From IMG/VR virus record IMGVR_UViG_3300037089_000135: DNA of 63,715 nt; one strand, written 5' to 3'. Positions 62,130 to 63,715 of the stretch are shown here, one piece after another (position 1 is the stretch's first letter; each line of letters starts with the position of its first letter). This DNA comes from an uncultured virus (IMG/VR IMGVR_UViG_3300037089_000135). Its lineage: Duplodnaviria > Heunggongvirae > Uroviricota > Caudoviricetes. Under the pieces are notes generated by a model that was not told the origin of the DNA, did no database searches, and saw only the letters and a program-made list of their open reading frames with translations. Position numbers and translations under genes: made by a program.

Positions 62130-63227
62130 TTAATCACCGTGTAAATGTTTAGCTTGATGTGCTCCTGGTTCCACATTTCCACTTTCTAATATCCTTCTAG
62201 CTACAGATTTAACATCTTTCTTAGGTACGCCTGCTAAAAGATTCTGTAAGATTGCGTTGGGTCCGGATATTTCATCTCCAACTACTCTATATATTTGGTA
62301 TTCATTTTTTCCAGGACTACCAACTATTTTTAAAGTGTTCTTTCCATCTGTGGCTGTCATATATCGCCCTTTAGTCTTGCTTTTCTTCCCGGACCTATTT
62401 GGCATAGCATCTGTGTTTTTTTCATGCTGTAGATCGGAAGGTTTTAGTTCATCATCGTGTTCACCACGGCCACGAATATCCCATCCTGCTCTTGCACCTT
62501 CGGGGGTTCCATATTTTAGTAAAATTTCTTTATAAATCTCATTGCGGTTTCCTCTACCACCAATAGAATATCCGGTGATCTCTTTGTTTACAATTTGCTT
62601 CCAGATATCTTCATCAAGAACTTTAGTAATCAGCACCCACGAATCTTTTAGAACTAATTGACCATCCATTTGAAAATCGCATGGAGCAATATAATTCTGC
62701 AAAATGTAAGCTTTTGATACGTTAAACTTGTGATGGGCATTTAACTTTTGGAAGTTAATCATATAGAGATCGGAAGCTTTCTTAATCTCTCCTGGTGATA
62801 TAATATCATCTTGAAGATCAATACTCCAGGGCTCTAGCACAACCCCAAATACCTCATGCTTGTACTCATCAAACTTGAAAATCTTTACCTTGACTTCTTT
62901 AGTTACTAAGTTCTCTTCCTCGCGTTCATCCTCATCCGGCTCAACGATTCGAGACTTTTTCTTCTTTTTTGAGGGGCCATCTTTGACCCCTCCTAAAGCC
63001 TCATCTACATGCACATCTTCCATGTCAAAATTTTTGATTAGTTCGACAAGTTCCGACATATCAGATTTTTCAAGTTTACCATTTGCCTCAGCAAACCCCT
63101 GCATATATGCTAATCTTCTAGCATCGTTCCTTGATTTTTCATCGCCGGATTTGTAAGTGTAACCGTGGCCTGATTCTCCCCATTTTTGTATGGGTTTCCC
63201 ATTTTCGGTACATTCTATAACTGGCAT
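62130..63227 (-). CDS. XkdF-like prohead serine protease
   Basis: VFGVVLEP..DLQDD, H, W, ITGYSIGG. Confidence 0.85.
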   Translation of the reverse strand: MPVIECTENGKPIQKWGESGHGYTYKSGDEKSRNDARRLAYMQGFAEANGKLEKSDMSELVELIKNFDMEDVHVDEALGGVKDGPSKKKKKSRIVEPDEDEREEENLVTKEVKVKIFKFDEYKHEVFGVVLEPWSIDLQDDIISPGEIKKASDLYMINFQKLNAHHKFNVSKAYILQNYIAPCDFQMDGQLVLKDSWVLITKVLDEDIWKQIVNKEITGYSIGGRGNRNEIYKEILLKYGTPEGARAGWDIRGRGEHDDELKPSDLQHEKNTDAMPNRSGKKSKTKGRYMTATDGKNTLKIVGSPGKNEYQIYRVVGDEISGPNAILQNLLAGVPKKDVKSVARRILESGNVEPGAHQAKHLHGD

Positions 63228-63237
63228 TTTTACACCT

Positions 63238-63715
63238 TTAAAATCCTATTCCTATTAATTGTGCTCTACTAGCTATGTCTATAATTAAAACCGATAATGT
63301 ACTTGACCATCCAGAATATACGTTTGATGTATCATAAGCTTTGACTTTTACTAAATATGTACCCGCCGCCATGAAACTATGATTTACGGTTCCTGTAGCT
63401 CCAGATGCATATGGTCCTATATCACTGACATTTCCATCTCCCCAATCTATATAATAATGAATATTGTCTCCTTCTGGATCTGTATCATAAAATTGATAGG
63501 ATAATGATTGCCCAATTATTCCCGTGGTATTTCCAGTTGGAGTGTTCGGAGTGTTTGGAGCCGTGTTATGAACCAAAGTGCTATTTAAACTAACTGGAAC
63601 TAAATTATAATACAGTGGCTCAATATTTGCAGATCCTAAATCAAAGGTAAATGTATGTGTGTGCGTACGCAAAACTGCGCTGTCTTCACTGTATGCTTGA
63701 TAGCTGTAAACTTGA
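63238..63715 (-). CDS. PKD-domain protein, 5' end outside the window
   Basis: DPEGD..YYIDWGDG..HSF..GTY.V; frame open to the window edge. Confidence 0.8.
   Translation of the reverse strand, partial: QVYSYQAYSEDSAVLRTHTHTFTFDLGSANIEPLYYNLVPVSLNSTLVHNTAPNTPNTPTGNTTGIIGQSLSYQFYDTDPEGDNIHYYIDWGDGNVSDIGPYASGATGTVNHSFMAAGTYLVKVKAYDTSNVYSGWSSTLSVLIIDIASRAQLIGIGF

Noticed and set aside
31491..63156. Numerous plus-strand ORFs over the structural operon
   Set aside because: Shadow ORFs of minus-strand genes
1..63715. CRISPR array, diversity-generating retroelement, integrase or transposase
   Set aside because: No spaced direct repeats, reverse transcriptase, recombinase or transposase motifs seen by eye

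Overview
The window is a 63.7-kb piece of a large tailed archaeal virus with a contractile tail (myovirus morphology). An archaeal host is supported by GGTGA/GAGG Shine-Dalgarno motifs, TTTAAATA TATA boxes ~25 nt upstream of starts, an ERCC4 nuclease and a PAN proteasome ATPase; a methanogen (Methanomicrobia) host is my inference. Positions 1-27 kb (minus strand) carry many small early genes, an SF3/D5 helicase, ASCH, ERCC4, RtcB, a Sak4-like ATPase, PAN and several free-standing endonucleases. Positions 27.1-30.3 kb form a divergent plus-strand block with a deaminase and an ATP-dependent RNA ligase. Positions 30.4-63.7 kb (minus) are the morphogenesis operon, from prohead protease and capsid through sheath, tube and tape measure to baseplate. 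The most unusual feature is a ~1.15-kb non-coding transcription unit (21615->20460, minus). It holds two tRNAs, two tRNA-like RNAs with enlarged arms and other structured RNAs. It also holds a 474-nt RNA whose two ends together rebuild the 23S rRNA GTPase-associated centre (helices 43/44, the uL11-binding domain), including a three-way covarying base triple, split by a ~408-nt insertion. All calls come from reading motifs by eye; no searches or folding programs were run.
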